64,000 nucleotides of DNA, taken from NCBI GenBank assembly GCA_965112155.1, contig OZ218114.1. The stretch is one strand, 5' to 3'. Positions 1-11,300 of the stretch are shown here, piece by piece. This stretch comes from Podarcis liolepis (Eukaryota). How positions within the stretch are numbered: position 1 is the stretch's first letter; each line of letters begins with the position of its first letter. The translations under genes were made by a program, and so were the position numbers. The notes below the pieces were generated by a model. The model was given only the letters and a program-made list of their open reading frames with translations. It was not told the origin of the DNA and did no database searches.

Positions 1-2696
1 TGGAAGAGGCCAAGGTGTTCTTACTTAGTTATTCAAACCCTGCATTTGGCAAATATAGTGGGGTTCAAACCTGGGCCTGGCAGAAATTTAGGACTGAGTG
101 AAAATGGAGGAAGATGGGAGTTTTGCAAACACCTTGAAATGCTACAGAGAACACCCCTCCCTTTCTTTTTTTTAGAGGGCTCAAAAGGAGATGAAAGTGT
201 GTGAAGTGGCTATGCTGCCCCTGTCCCTAATACATTGCCAAGCTCTGGCAGTAGTCACCGTGCTGGAGGTAGTAGCACACCGATGGAACTGGGGACAGAG
301 CAATGGCTGCTGCAATGGAAGGCAGAACTCTTTGAGAAGTGGGTTGGTCAACTGTCTTAAAGAAGTGAAAATGGAAGAAAAGACTTCCGGGTGCATGGAG
401 TAGGAGTATATCATGGCTGTGTGTGTACATAAATGTATGTCTTCATCACTAACAGTGCCTGACCGTAGAGGGAGGTCAAAATAACTGTATTCATTGTATA
501 GTTGGAAATACCTGAGCAAAGAGAGGGAAGGTAACTTGACCACAGCATGTCCCGCAGGTCAAAGCTGGAATAGACTTGGCTTTGGAATCCAGCTTTCAAT
601 CTCATTCTGTCGTTGCATGGTTTTTTCCCCCTCTGGAACTTGTAAATGTCCAGATAAATGGAATAAATTCTATGCAAATGATTTTTCTCCTTTTAAAAAT
701 GCTTATTTCACACCCAGTGTCTGTATCTGATCAGCAGAGTCACGCTTTGAACTGTTGGTTTGAGTCTTTACTGTGCAAAATTTATATGCAACAAGCACTC
801 TAGTAAGATCTCTTAATGTTAGAAGGCCTGGGGAGGCAGCCATATGGATAGCCAAGCCAACCCAGTCCCCTTGCCCTCTGGTCCAGTCCTTTTCACCTCC
901 AGTCTCTTTCCTACAGAGGCATTTCCTCCGCCCCCCGCCAGGTTTGGGCAGGCTGGTGCAATGTTTCAGCTTCCAGATTGCTGTAATCGCCCTGATCTGA
1001 TGAGCTTTTAGAAGCCTGCCTAATTCTGAAAGGCATGTATAATAGAGGAGCAATGTGAATTAATAAAGCAAACTTGGCCAGCTTTACGGCAAATTTGGTA
1101 GCCTGCCATAACCATCAGCCCCATATGTGCAGTTGTAAATAACTACTATGGTTGAATTTCTTTCAAGTTGCCCATAATGATCATAATTATACATAATGAA
1201 AGGAAGATTACCCTTCCATATAACCTTAGCCAGAAAGAAATATGGATCCTTTGCCGTTCATATCCAGGTGGATGTGCTGTGTTGCCTGAGAGCTAGCACG
1301 GAGCCCTGTCTTAGATCTCAGGCTTGCTAAACTACACCCTCTTTAATTGATGTACACATGAACTAGTTAACTCTTGTGAGTGTTGGCTATCTAGAAAGGA
1401 AAACTATATTTTGTATGGGTGAGACGGGTTGGCTTTAAACAGGATCCAATCCTTATTTCATGTGATCATTGCCTTTGGCTGCTCTCTCTTGCTTGGGAGT
1501 AAAAGAGCAAAGAGTCTTGTGACACCTTAAAGACCTAACAAATGATGGTGTAAGGTGTCATAGGAGTTTTTGTTGGTTTTGCTGTGGAAGCCTAACGTGA
1601 TTACGTCTTTGAAATTTGAATGGGAGCATATCTGTCAATCCTGGACCTCTTTACACAAACAAAGGCATATGAGTGTTGTATAGCGATGATTTGTGAATCA
1701 CTGCCTTAATTCCATATTGTTCATGCATATATCATATGCTGATTCTTGTGTGCTGTATGCTTTTAATTTTGGTTTCTTGACAGTAATAAGATTGATTGAT
1801 TGATTGATACTACTACATGCAGTAGTGCACTCCTTCCCTTTTCCCATAAAGAGGGTCTCCAGTAAAGTCATCTGATGACATCTTAGAATTCTTTCCCTGC
1901 TTTCTAAGCATACCATAGCCTTCCTCTTGATAATACTAAGTGGAGGATCCAGTAAGCAGTGAAGGGACCCCAGGCTGACACCATGTCAGGTACTCATTGA
2001 GGCCCCTGCAGTTGCACACTGCCCAACCCCTGAACCTGTGACCCTCCAGATGCTTCTGAACTGTAACTCCCATTCATAGGAACAAGAACGAGGGGCATAT
2101 TCCCCCGCTCACTAAAGCAAACAAAAATGAAGGTCCATTCAGGGGAAGAAACCAGTTTCTCCTGCTCTCAGCTTGCTGTATTTCCGGTATGATGGAACAA
2201 GAATAAATGAATACTAGGTTTGGTTAAATAGAAGTAATTTCTAGTATGTATGTAGCTTCAGGTAGAGATGATGGCCAAGGTCTACTTTGCCCAGTCCAAA
2301 TTTAATTTTAAAAATAAAACACCTGATTAAGAATATGTCTGAAACACTAACCAGCTTTCTTTGGATTTAGGACAAGGTAAGTATCCCAGACCCCAGTTTT
2401 CCTCACCGTACTCAATGGAAGTACATCAAGGCCTATCCAAGGGAGATAGTGTAGATGACACCATGTGAAATAGAAGGGAATGGAGTAAGCTTGGAGTCCT
2501 TTTAGCCCCAACATCTTTGGGTATCATAGCAGACCCTGAAGCTTCAGGGACGTCCAAAGCCATTTTATTCCTTTTATCAGGCCTATTTTGGAACCAGTTC
2601 ACCCAAGCTCTCAATTGGGTGCAGTGCAACTAGACCCAGCACGCAGTCCCTGCTCTGATTGAACAGGGTGTGGAGAACCATTGTGGTGCCCTAGAT

Positions 2697-3145
2697 CAGC
2701 ATTTCTCAACTATTTCTCAACCACAGTTGAAAATCGCATAAATGGGGGGCCAAGGCACAAGACTAGGGGGCCACAGAGGGAAGTGAGAAGTGAAGAAAAC
2801 AGAGAAGTGACTTAGAAAAGTAATCAGAAAAAAGTGAAGAAAAGAGAAAAGTAGAGTGAACAGAGAACTGACCATGCTTCCCAGTGGATGGATCACCACG
2901 CGAAACTTGCGGCAACGTCTCTTCCTCTTCCTTCTCCCTCCCACTTCCACACTCCACTGCTACATGGACCAAGTTGTCTGCATCTTGTTTGTCAAGGGCA
3001 AGGTGTGTGGCTGCAGCAGTGTTTGTGTGTTCTATTTACAAACAAAACATTTAAATAGCTAGCTTTCTACTGGTAGGAGGGGGGGGCATAGGGAGGAAAC
3101 AAGGGCGGAAGGGGGCCACAATCAGAAAAAGGTTGAGAAACAATG
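2697..3145. mobile_element. Non-autonomous hAT-like DNA transposon (MITE), degraded
   Basis: Left end CAGCATTTCTCAAC and right end GTTGAGAAACAATG are imperfect inverted repeats. The 8-bp flanks CCCTAGAT / CGGTGGAT match 5/8, consistent with an old hAT TSD. Confidence 0.6.
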
Positions 3146-3243
3146 CGGTGGATTAACAGTGAGGATGTGGGAAGCCCTGATTCAGATCTCTGCTCAAGTC
3201 TCAGTGAGTCGCTTTTTCTTGTATCAGCATAATGTACTTCAGA

Positions 3244-3383
3244 NNNNNNNNNNNNNNNNNNNNNNNNNNNNNNNNNNNNNNNNNNNNNNNNNNNNNNNNN
3301 NNNNNNNNNNNNNNNNNNNNNNNNNNNNNNNNNNNNNNNNNNNNNNNNNNNNNNNNNNNNNNNNNNNNNNNNNNNNNNNNNNN
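3244..3383. other. Assembly gap (140 N)
   Basis: Run of N. Confidence 1.
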
Positions 3384-4299
3384 AGCAGAGAACTAAATTT
3401 GGCCAGACCCCTGCTCTATAAAGTACTTAGCATAACAGTAACTCCTGCCTTATTCTTCTATAATGGGCCTTGAGAGATTTTTCCTGCCAGTAGCAGTTGG
3501 CGCTGTGGGACAGAAAATTGAAGTGGCTGCTCTTGATGCAGGTCAGTTTCAGAACAAACCGGGCTATTTATAATGTTGGCTGAGTGCCATCGTGTTGTTT
3601 TTAATGAATGGCCAACACCGTAGACACTTGCATTTTGTATTCTCTGCTGCTTGTGTGAGGATGCTACGCCAAGAGTAATGAGGCTCTCTTAATATACGCC
3701 CCACGTCAGTTTTAAACAAGAATGTGTTTTGCGGAGAATGTCTCCTTTGCCTCTGAGATTGGCGTGGTGAGCTTGTAGGTTCTGTCTCCAATGTGGATTA
3801 CCTTGGAGCAACTCTGGTAGGAGAGAACTCCTAGTTCCTGTCCAGCTGAAGGGCTGTGCTTGGCTTCTTGCTCATCTCTCCCCCTCCACTTCTTATGGCA
3901 TGTGATGCAGAAATGCCCAGCGAGTGCGTGGGTGGCCTTCCTGCTCTGTTGCTGTCAGCTAGAACAAGGTGTAATATAAACACTTGTTTAATTGCCACAT
4001 GTCTCTTTCAGGCGAGTCTTCCAATTTAGAGACAGAAGGTAACATCAGAGACCTGGTTTGTTTTGCTAGCAATTAAACAACAGCAGAAAGAAGGTGAAAA
4101 GGCAGGGGAAGCGAATGTTATGCAAAACAGGCATGCGATCAAATTAATGTATGCAAAAGTTTGTTTTTAATGAGAAGCTTCACTTGTCATTTGTTTTGCT
4201 GTGCGGCACTCACACGCTTGCTGAGGTCTTGCATCAGTGGTTGGGCTCGGAGGAACTTGCTTGAAGAACTGAATAATTTCTTTCCTGGATCAGGCCAGA

Positions 4300-4480
4300 G
4301 GTTGTTCCTTCCCAGCACTCTGTCTTCAACAGTGGTCAGTCAGTGGCTCTTGAGAAGCTCATAGGCTGGGCATGATGACTGTAGCCCACCCCTCTCTGGA
4401 TCACCCTCAGAAATTGGTATCTGGAGACAAACTGCCTCTGAACATTGTAGGTCTATAGTTTTGTTCTCTTGGCTCAATAG
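4300..4480 (-). mobile_element. Old CR1-type LINE 3' fragment
   Basis: Motifs GAAGCTCATAGGCTGGGCATG...ACTGCCTCTGAACATTG also occur at 6755-6990 and 57040-57330, and resemble the squamate CR1 3' UTR read antisense. Confidence 0.5.
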
Positions 4481-5921
4481 TCCTCTTTGGCCTGGTCTAC
4501 CTATGCAGAAGGAAGAGAGAAGCAGTAAAATCCTGAAGTGGCACAGCAGAATGCACCAATTCTGGCAGCAGGTTTTTTTGTGCAGTTTTGGGAACAGTGC
4601 AATTTTGGAATCTTTTGATTCTTGCCAGCTGTTACATACAGTTGTGTACAGTCTTTGCCTTCCTCCCCATCACATTTGCATTGACTCTTGGGTAAGCTCT
4701 GTAGAGACCTTGTGTTCTACTTGCCTGAGACCTAGATGGGGTTGTTCAGTCTTTATGGATTTGGGTGATGCAGCTCCAGCAAGCATTTGGCCAGGGGGCA
4801 AAGGAGCTTGAATGATGCTGTGTGGGGGAAGAATGAATTGGTAACAAAGAAAGGGGGTTGCCCTTCCCACACACCATTCTCCCCATCATAATGGCCTTGT
4901 TTGGAGGGTTGAAGGGGGGTGTGTGCCTTGGGCAGCCATGAGAGCTGCAGGTTGCCCACATCTGTGCTAGGTGGTCCAATGGAAATTGGCCAGAGGTCCA
5001 CTAGCAGATGTCTACTTCCTGCCATCTCTCGCTATATGTGTTATTCCAAGCCAGCCCAATCCTCCTGTATTCCCTCTTTATAATTATTTGCTAACCTTGT
5101 ATTGTTTATAACATTCTTGAAATTAGTTTCACCCTCTAAATTTGTATACTTTGGGGACTGCAAACTTTTTAAGGTCACTATTTTGGAGATAAAAAAGGGT
5201 TTTCAGCCGTTTTAAGAAAGTGATGAGGGAAGAATGTCTTTAGCCACTTTGAATCAAGAAGCGCTTGAAGGTTCCGTGCAAACGAACTGCAAGATGTCTT
5301 TATTTGAGCAGATGAAACGAGAAGTGTACAGCTCAGGAACTGTGGTAATCAGAGGCTGTCCTAGCCTTTGTGTTAACTGCTGTGTTAACTTTTTAAAGCT
5401 GTTTGTGAGATTCCAAGTGAAGGGGTGAAAACAAACGAACTTTCCCTTTTAACATTCAGCAAAGAGTTTTGCCGAATCACCTTGTCGGAAGCTGCTTGAA
5501 AGAGGAAAGAGCCATCTGCACCAAGTTTCTGTCCTTTTGCTCCTCGGATGATGCCATGTGTCCAATAGCAGCAGCTGTTGATATCGCCTAATGAGCCTTT
5601 AAGTCAGCTAGCTGCCTTGGCTTGTTTTGAGACACCCTCTTTTGTAGCAACCCAAGATGCTTCTGACTGAATGGACCCCAAAATGTCAGTTAAGGAGGAA
5701 AGAGGAAAGGGAGCGAGAGAGAAAGAGAACCCCAGAGGGAATATGTGGTACAGTGGGCTGGAAAAAACGCTGTACATATGGTGGATCAGAAAGTGAGGGA
5801 AATTTTCCTTTGGTTCACTAACTCTGCTAGGTTGGGGGAATGATGACTTATCAGTGCACCAAATGTGTAAAGTTAAAAACTATTCTGAAAAGAAGTAATG
5901 CATGTAAGAAGAATCTGGATA

Positions 5922-6144
5922 CAGTAATACCTCTGGTTGCAAACGCTTTGTGTTACGAGCTCCGCTAACCCGGAAGTTGCTGCTCCCGGTAGCGGACTTT
6001 GCCCTGGGATGTGAGCAGAAATCGTGTGCCAGAGGCACACGCAGCGGGAGGCCCATTCGCAAAAGCGTGCCTCAGGATAAGAACGGTTTCCGGTTACGAG
6101 CGGACCTCTGGAACGATTTAAGTTCGTAACTGGAGGTACCACTG
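5922..6144 (+). mobile_element. Tc1/mariner (Tigger/pogo-like) MITE
   Basis: TA|CAGTAATACCTCTGGTTGC ... GTAACTGGAGGTACCACTG|TA: TIRs plus TA TSD. Interior is similar to 21798-22006 and 63246-63486. Confidence 0.9.
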
Positions 6145-6197
6145 TACATCTCTTCCAGCATCCCACATGCCACAGTGAGCCACCAGATAGATGCCTC

Positions 6198-6630
6198 CAG
6201 TGTTAGAAGTTAGTCAGGCACCATGTGCATTTTGTGACCAGCTGCAACCGTGTGGAGATCTGTGGGTGCCAGGTTGGCAATTGAGATCTCTATCTGGCAG
6301 GCCCCTCCAGCTTTCTTAAGCTGGTAAGCAGAAGATCTTATTTACTACCTCTTCCCAGTCTGCTGCCTCTTCTCCTTCTGCCTACTCATCATTGTCCCAC
6401 CATCACTGCCCTGGCTCTGAGCCCTCTTGCCTTGGGGAAGCGGCCCATGGGGGTCATTTAACCGACCCATGGACCCCCGCTGCCCACTCGGTCAGATCCT
6501 GTGCGCTGCGCTAAACTGGCGCAGAGTGGGGACCACCTTCCGCGACGCTGGCCGGCTTCCGATTGGCTGCAGGAAGCTCTTGCAGTCAATGGGAAGCTGT
6601 GCACACCTCCTCCGTGCCAGAAATAACGTT

Positions 6631-6670
<40 letters not shown>

Positions 6671-6754
6671 CGTGCGTGCACACACACTCGGGTCCACCAC
6701 TTCGTCTGCGGGACCATGAACCAGCCCACACCACAAAAACTTTGCTGACCCCTG
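6198..6754 (-). mobile_element. Composite GC-rich DNA-transposon insertion with a hAT-like right end, interrupting an old CR1 fragment
   Basis: Right end AAACTTTGCTGACCCCTG (reverse complement CAGGGGTCAGCAAAG) resembles the left end of 14513-14787. CpG-rich interior. CR1-like sequence stops at about 6197 and resumes at 6755. Confidence 0.55.
6634..6666. repeat. (GT)n microsatellite
   Basis: Direct observation. Confidence 0.98.
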
Positions 6755-7000
6755 CTCTAGGAAGTCCACAAGCAGGGCATGAAAGCAATAGCCCATGCTT
6801 TTGCCTCCAGCAACCAGTGCCTGAAGACACACTTCCTCTAAAGCAGGAGATTTCACATAGCTATCATAACAAATAGTTGTTGGTGGGCCTCTTTTCCTTC
6901 ATGAATTTGCCTTAATCCCCTTCTAAGCCATCTAAACAAAAAGCCATTGTCATCATCTCTTGTGGCGGTGAATGCCATGCATGAATTATGCATCATGTTG
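6755..7000 (-). mobile_element. Old CR1-type LINE 3' fragment
   Basis: GGAAGTCCACAAGCAGGGCATG...CATGAATTTGCCTTAATCCCCTTCTAAGCCATCTAA...TCTTGTGGCGGTGAATGCCAT is collinear with 57110-57330. Confidence 0.65.
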
Positions 7001-7920
7001 GTCATTTGTTCTCTGTGTTATTATTTTTATAATTATATACATATATATCTGTGTGTTTAACGAGATGGCAGTTTAGAAATTCTAATAAACACCAAGAAGC
7101 ACACTTTCTGATTTGTCCTGAATATGCAGCAAATCAGTTTCGATACGTTATGAATTCTAGTGTGCTATGCGAGAGGGAGAAAAATACCCACCCCTCTGCC
7201 CACTTTTCCCACAACACGCAGAATTTTATAAACGTCTGCCACGTCCCACCTTAGGTGCCTCCCCCCCCCCTTTCTAAACTAAGGAGCCCTAAACGCCGTA
7301 GCCATTCCTCATATAGTAGATGATCCTGTCACTGTATTCTACTGTAATAGAATAATTAAATCATGCACTACTGGCATTGCACATTTTGCGGAACATAAAT
7401 AAATGAAAGCATGCTTCAAGGATGTCTTGCATGCGCAGTACCTTTAAACAAAAAACAAACAAACAAAAACAGCAAACCCTACATAGGACGACGTAGCAGG
7501 ATTTTTAGAAACCTGGCACTGGAGCAGAAACTGCGTAAATAGCGTTTGTCCCTGCCGGCCCCTCCAGGCAACCTTGAAGCTTCTGCTGGCACCTTCCCTC
7601 TTCTGATGTGTGGCAAAGTGGTAGAGATGGGTAGGTGAGGCTCACTGTTGTGGCTGCAGGTGGGATAACAAAAGCCCCTTATCTTAGATCTTCTTAACTT
7701 GGAGGCAGGAGGACTTAGTTTTGGATTGAGCTGAGGATGTGATTGAGAGAAACAGGTGTTTTTAAGAACATCTGTATAGCTTACTAAACTATATTTTATC
7801 ATAGGGGGAATTTAGAGAAGGCATTTGGGGGGGGGGGAGCCTGGAGGATTATTACTATTTTAATGGCGACAGGATCTAAAATGGGTAGGAATTTGTAACG
7901 AGGGTCATTCTACCCAGCAC

Positions 7921-8056
7921 CAGATGGGGCTTATGTGGCCCTCCAGATGTTGTTGGACTCCTGGTTCTCACCAGCTCCTGTCAGCATGCTAAATGATAGG
8001 GATGATGGGAGTTGTAGATGGGCATCATCTGTAAGGCCACAGGTCCCTCGCCCCTG
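7921..8056. mobile_element. Short palindromic hAT-like MITE (CCCTCCAGATGTT...TGATGGGAGTTGTAG family)
   Basis: Hairpin-like structure ending CCCCTG. Related copies lie at about 2030-2075, 10790-10905, 15080-15220, 28145-28250, 51860-51915 and 61595-61692. Confidence 0.7.
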
Positions 8057-9710
8057 GGTTAATCCATCATTTGCTCCCAAATACTGTCAGCCACATACCT
8101 CTGGGCACTGGCAAGCAAAACACAAAGGTGATGGAACCGTGATATGGAGGTTCCATTTAATTGTCTTGACATATACTTTTACAGCCATCTGAGAAAGTGT
8201 CACAGGACCAAGTTTGGGAAGATTTTTGGGTGCATGGTGTAATTTGCATGGCATTGCAGTGAATATAGGACAAAACAGTGATTATCAGGTTTTATGCTTA
8301 GCTACGCACTACCGCCCACTCACACCCACCCCTTCTAGCCAGTTGGTTACTTGTAGTATTCAGGATCCCCACAGGCTGCATGGTCAGGCTCCAGGAGGGG
8401 ACAACTGATGTTTGAATTTTCAGCTATGTTGGGTGCCTGTGGGTCAAGGACAATCATCTATTTGAAGAGCTGCCTGGTCCAAAACTGGTTTAAGGATGGA
8501 AAGGGAGGGGAGAGCAGGAGGGGGCCTTGAAGATGATAATAAGCACTTAACACCTGGGCAGGAGAGCAAGCAGGTATACAGGTCATAGTCTTCACCATGA
8601 TGGTTAGACATAGTCTCTGTTTATTAAAATTATAGTAAATGTTTCTATGTACAGTATATATATATATACTTATACATTAGAACATATACATATGCAAATT
8701 TTATGTGGATCCATGTCCCCTTTTTTCTGTGATACATTTCCTCTTTTAGCCCTACCACTGTGTAAAAACATAACTATTCAGAGACGCTGCAAAAGTTGCC
8801 TGTGCCCATGAATACCTACATCAGAAAAAGCTTTGTTCCTTTGTTTCCTGCTGTATTAATGTTTATAGGGAGCTTAGATGTACAACAGGTGAGCCCTACA
8901 AAGGCTGTATAGCTTTGTTCCACCCCAACCCACAGTATAGAAGTGTTTATGTAAGCGGATCAATTCCAGCTCTTTCCAGTCTACATGTCTACTAGTATTG
9001 TGTTTTAATTGCAAGGACTCACCTTCATTAAACCCTTGAAGCACTCCATAGAGAAGGTTTCCACTTGACATGAAACCAGACAGCTTTATTTCACATAATG
9101 TATAGAGTGTGAGGGACTGATCGCTTTTCTACACACAGTTCTCAGAAAGGATGTAATTTTACATTACGTAAACAATAATGGGTGGGTGAGTTGTTGATCG
9201 CTGGAGTTTGGAAGTTGATGCTGCTTTTCCAACCCATTGATATATAAATGTAAGGGGTGAAATGCCCTAATTTTCAGTTTTCTGAGTCTTTTGTCATTTG
9301 CCATCACAACCTTCATGCTCCCTGAACACTTTAATTTTTGGAGGGGTATTCAATCAGTTACTCTTTTAAGTGGGCTTAATTGTGTAAAGATTATAATGCA
9401 TAAGAGAGCCGCCTATAATTAGAATGGGGGTGGTGCTATTAGACAGTGTTTTTAGTGGAGAAAATTATAGTCTTCATAAGCAGTTTAGAGAGTGGAAGCT
9501 GCATATATTAAGATGCAACAAGTGTCATGTTATCTAAATGTAGGATTGACTAATGCTCAGTTCAATTAATGCTTCTCGGTGTTGCACCTTTATCCTTAGT
9601 AGCTTTGCTGTCGGGCTACTGATGCCCTTAAATAGTGTGCAGAGATAGTGCAAGGGGTGGTGTACCTGCAGTGCAAGCTGCCTGGACAGGTCCACTTAAA
9701 CACCCAGGGC

Positions 9711-9712
<2 letters not shown>

Positions 9713-9758
<46 letters not shown>

Positions 9759-9798
9759 CTCTCTATCTCTCTCTGTGTGTGTGTGTGAGAGAGAGAGA
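9713..9798. repeat. Compound (CT)n(GT)n(GA)n microsatellite
   Basis: Direct observation. Confidence 0.97.
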
Positions 9799-10729
9799 CT
9801 CTTTAAAGTAACATGTACACTGATGGCATTGTATCAATCATCATTCTCTAGCAAGACTATTTTTTTAATGAGTAAATGAAGAAGATGTACCTTCACAATC
9901 TACTCCTACTTCTCCTTGGAAGACAACATTAGTCTTTCTCATAAAACTTTGAGAGCATGTCATGACTTGTGTAGCAGGTGCTTGTCTATTTGGATTTCAG
10001 AAATGGAATAAAAGGTGAGGTCTCTGTGGTGCTTCCCCTCTCACCTCCAGCTTAGGTTGAAGATGCCATATAAGTGGAACTCTTAACACAATTTTGGTTT
10101 CCAGCTAGCCATGTCCTCAAATGCCAGCATTTTGTACCTACTGACCATGCTCATTCCACACAGGATTGTCTCCCTGCACCTTTAGGATATTTTTTTCTAA
10201 ATGTATTGGGCTTCAAAAAAACTTGGGAGTGCCTCTAGGCCTGCTGATACCTTCCTTTTGTTCACGGGCAATTCTGTTCCGGCTACATAAGGATTCATAC
10301 TCTGGTCATGAGTTCACTGTTAGTATGATGTGGCACTTGCTCCAAATGGCTAGAATGAAATAGCACTTACTGATTTGAAGCGTGGCTTTAGTGGTGGTGT
10401 TGCTGTGCTTCCTCTCTGTGCATAGAGAGCGTCTCTCAAACTGCCAAACACTTTCTGCTTAAACAGTCTTGAAGTGGAATTTGTCAGACAGTGTTTCCGC
10501 CCCACATGCCACTTCTGCACAATGGCCTGTATGAAATTTGGACCAGCGTCTGTTTACCCAAGATTGTCGCTGGGGCCTCAGGTAAGAAAGTAAACCACTT
10601 TGTCATCTTTAGTGTTGATTTCTGGAGCCTCCAGGGCAGTTCCCCATAAGTTCCGCCTAGCCCTATGGCTTGTGGTGACCTGATTGGGGCTTACTTTTAT
10701 TACAGGCCTGCCAGATAGCTAGTTTTCCA

Positions 10730-11085
10730 CTGAACAGAAGATCCACTGTGCTAGGTCAGACCAAAGGTCCATCCACTACAGCACATGTGGACAACCTTTG
10801 ACCCTCCAGTTGTTGCCATAATATAGCTCACTATCCCTGGCCATTGGATATGCTGGCTAAGACTGATGGGAGTTGTAGTTCAGCAACATCTGAAGGGTCA
10901 TTGTTCCTGCAGTGGCCAAACAAGCCAAATTAATCTGGGAAGGCCTCAAACAGGGCATGCAGGCAGTAGCCCTTCCCTTCTCTTGCTCCTCAGCAAGTCT
11001 ATCCAGTGATATTATATTGCCTCTATATCTTGGGCCTGAACTTGCTGCTTGTCTGGGTGCCTCTCGGTGGCCTCATTTACATATC
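10730..11085 (-). mobile_element. CR1-type 3' end with a palindromic MITE nested at about 10790-10905
   Basis: TCAGACCAAAGGTCCATC...CAGC, then MITE (CCCTCCAGTTGTTG...GATGGGAGTTGTAGTTCAGCAACATCTGAAGGG), then CAGTGGCCAAAC...CTGGGAAGGCCTCAAACAGGGCATG. Confidence 0.6.
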
Positions 11086-11186
11086 ATGGTGAACCCTATT
11101 GCTTATCTGGACTGCACTAACATGCAGGCTCCCAGAGAGGAGCTTGCATCCACTTTTCTCCTCATCTGTTCCTTTGGCGCAGTACA

Positions 11187-11300
11187 ACACGGGAGCGGAC
11201 AAAGGCCGGCTCCCTCAACCTGCAAAGCGAGATGAGCACTGCAACCACAGAGTCGTCCGCAACTGAACTTTACTGTCGGGGGTCCTTTACCTTTACCTTT
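11187..11300 (+). mobile_element. Sauria SINE / Bov-B-related 3' fragment
   Basis: AAAGCGAGATGAGCACTGCAACCACAGAGTCG...GGGGTCCTTTACCTTTACCTTT matches the 3' end of the full copy at 44480-44818. Confidence 0.85.

Noticed and set aside
6427-6876. ORFs with CVCVCV/HTHTHT runs (also 23279-23920, 34203-34394, 59664-59921)
   Set aside because: Translations of dinucleotide microsatellites.
10467-10581. 115-nt AG...GTAAGA exon-like segment
   Set aside because: Weak pyrimidine tract; the single open frame (LEVEFVRQCFRPTCHF...) resembles nothing I recognise. A non-coding exon cannot be excluded.
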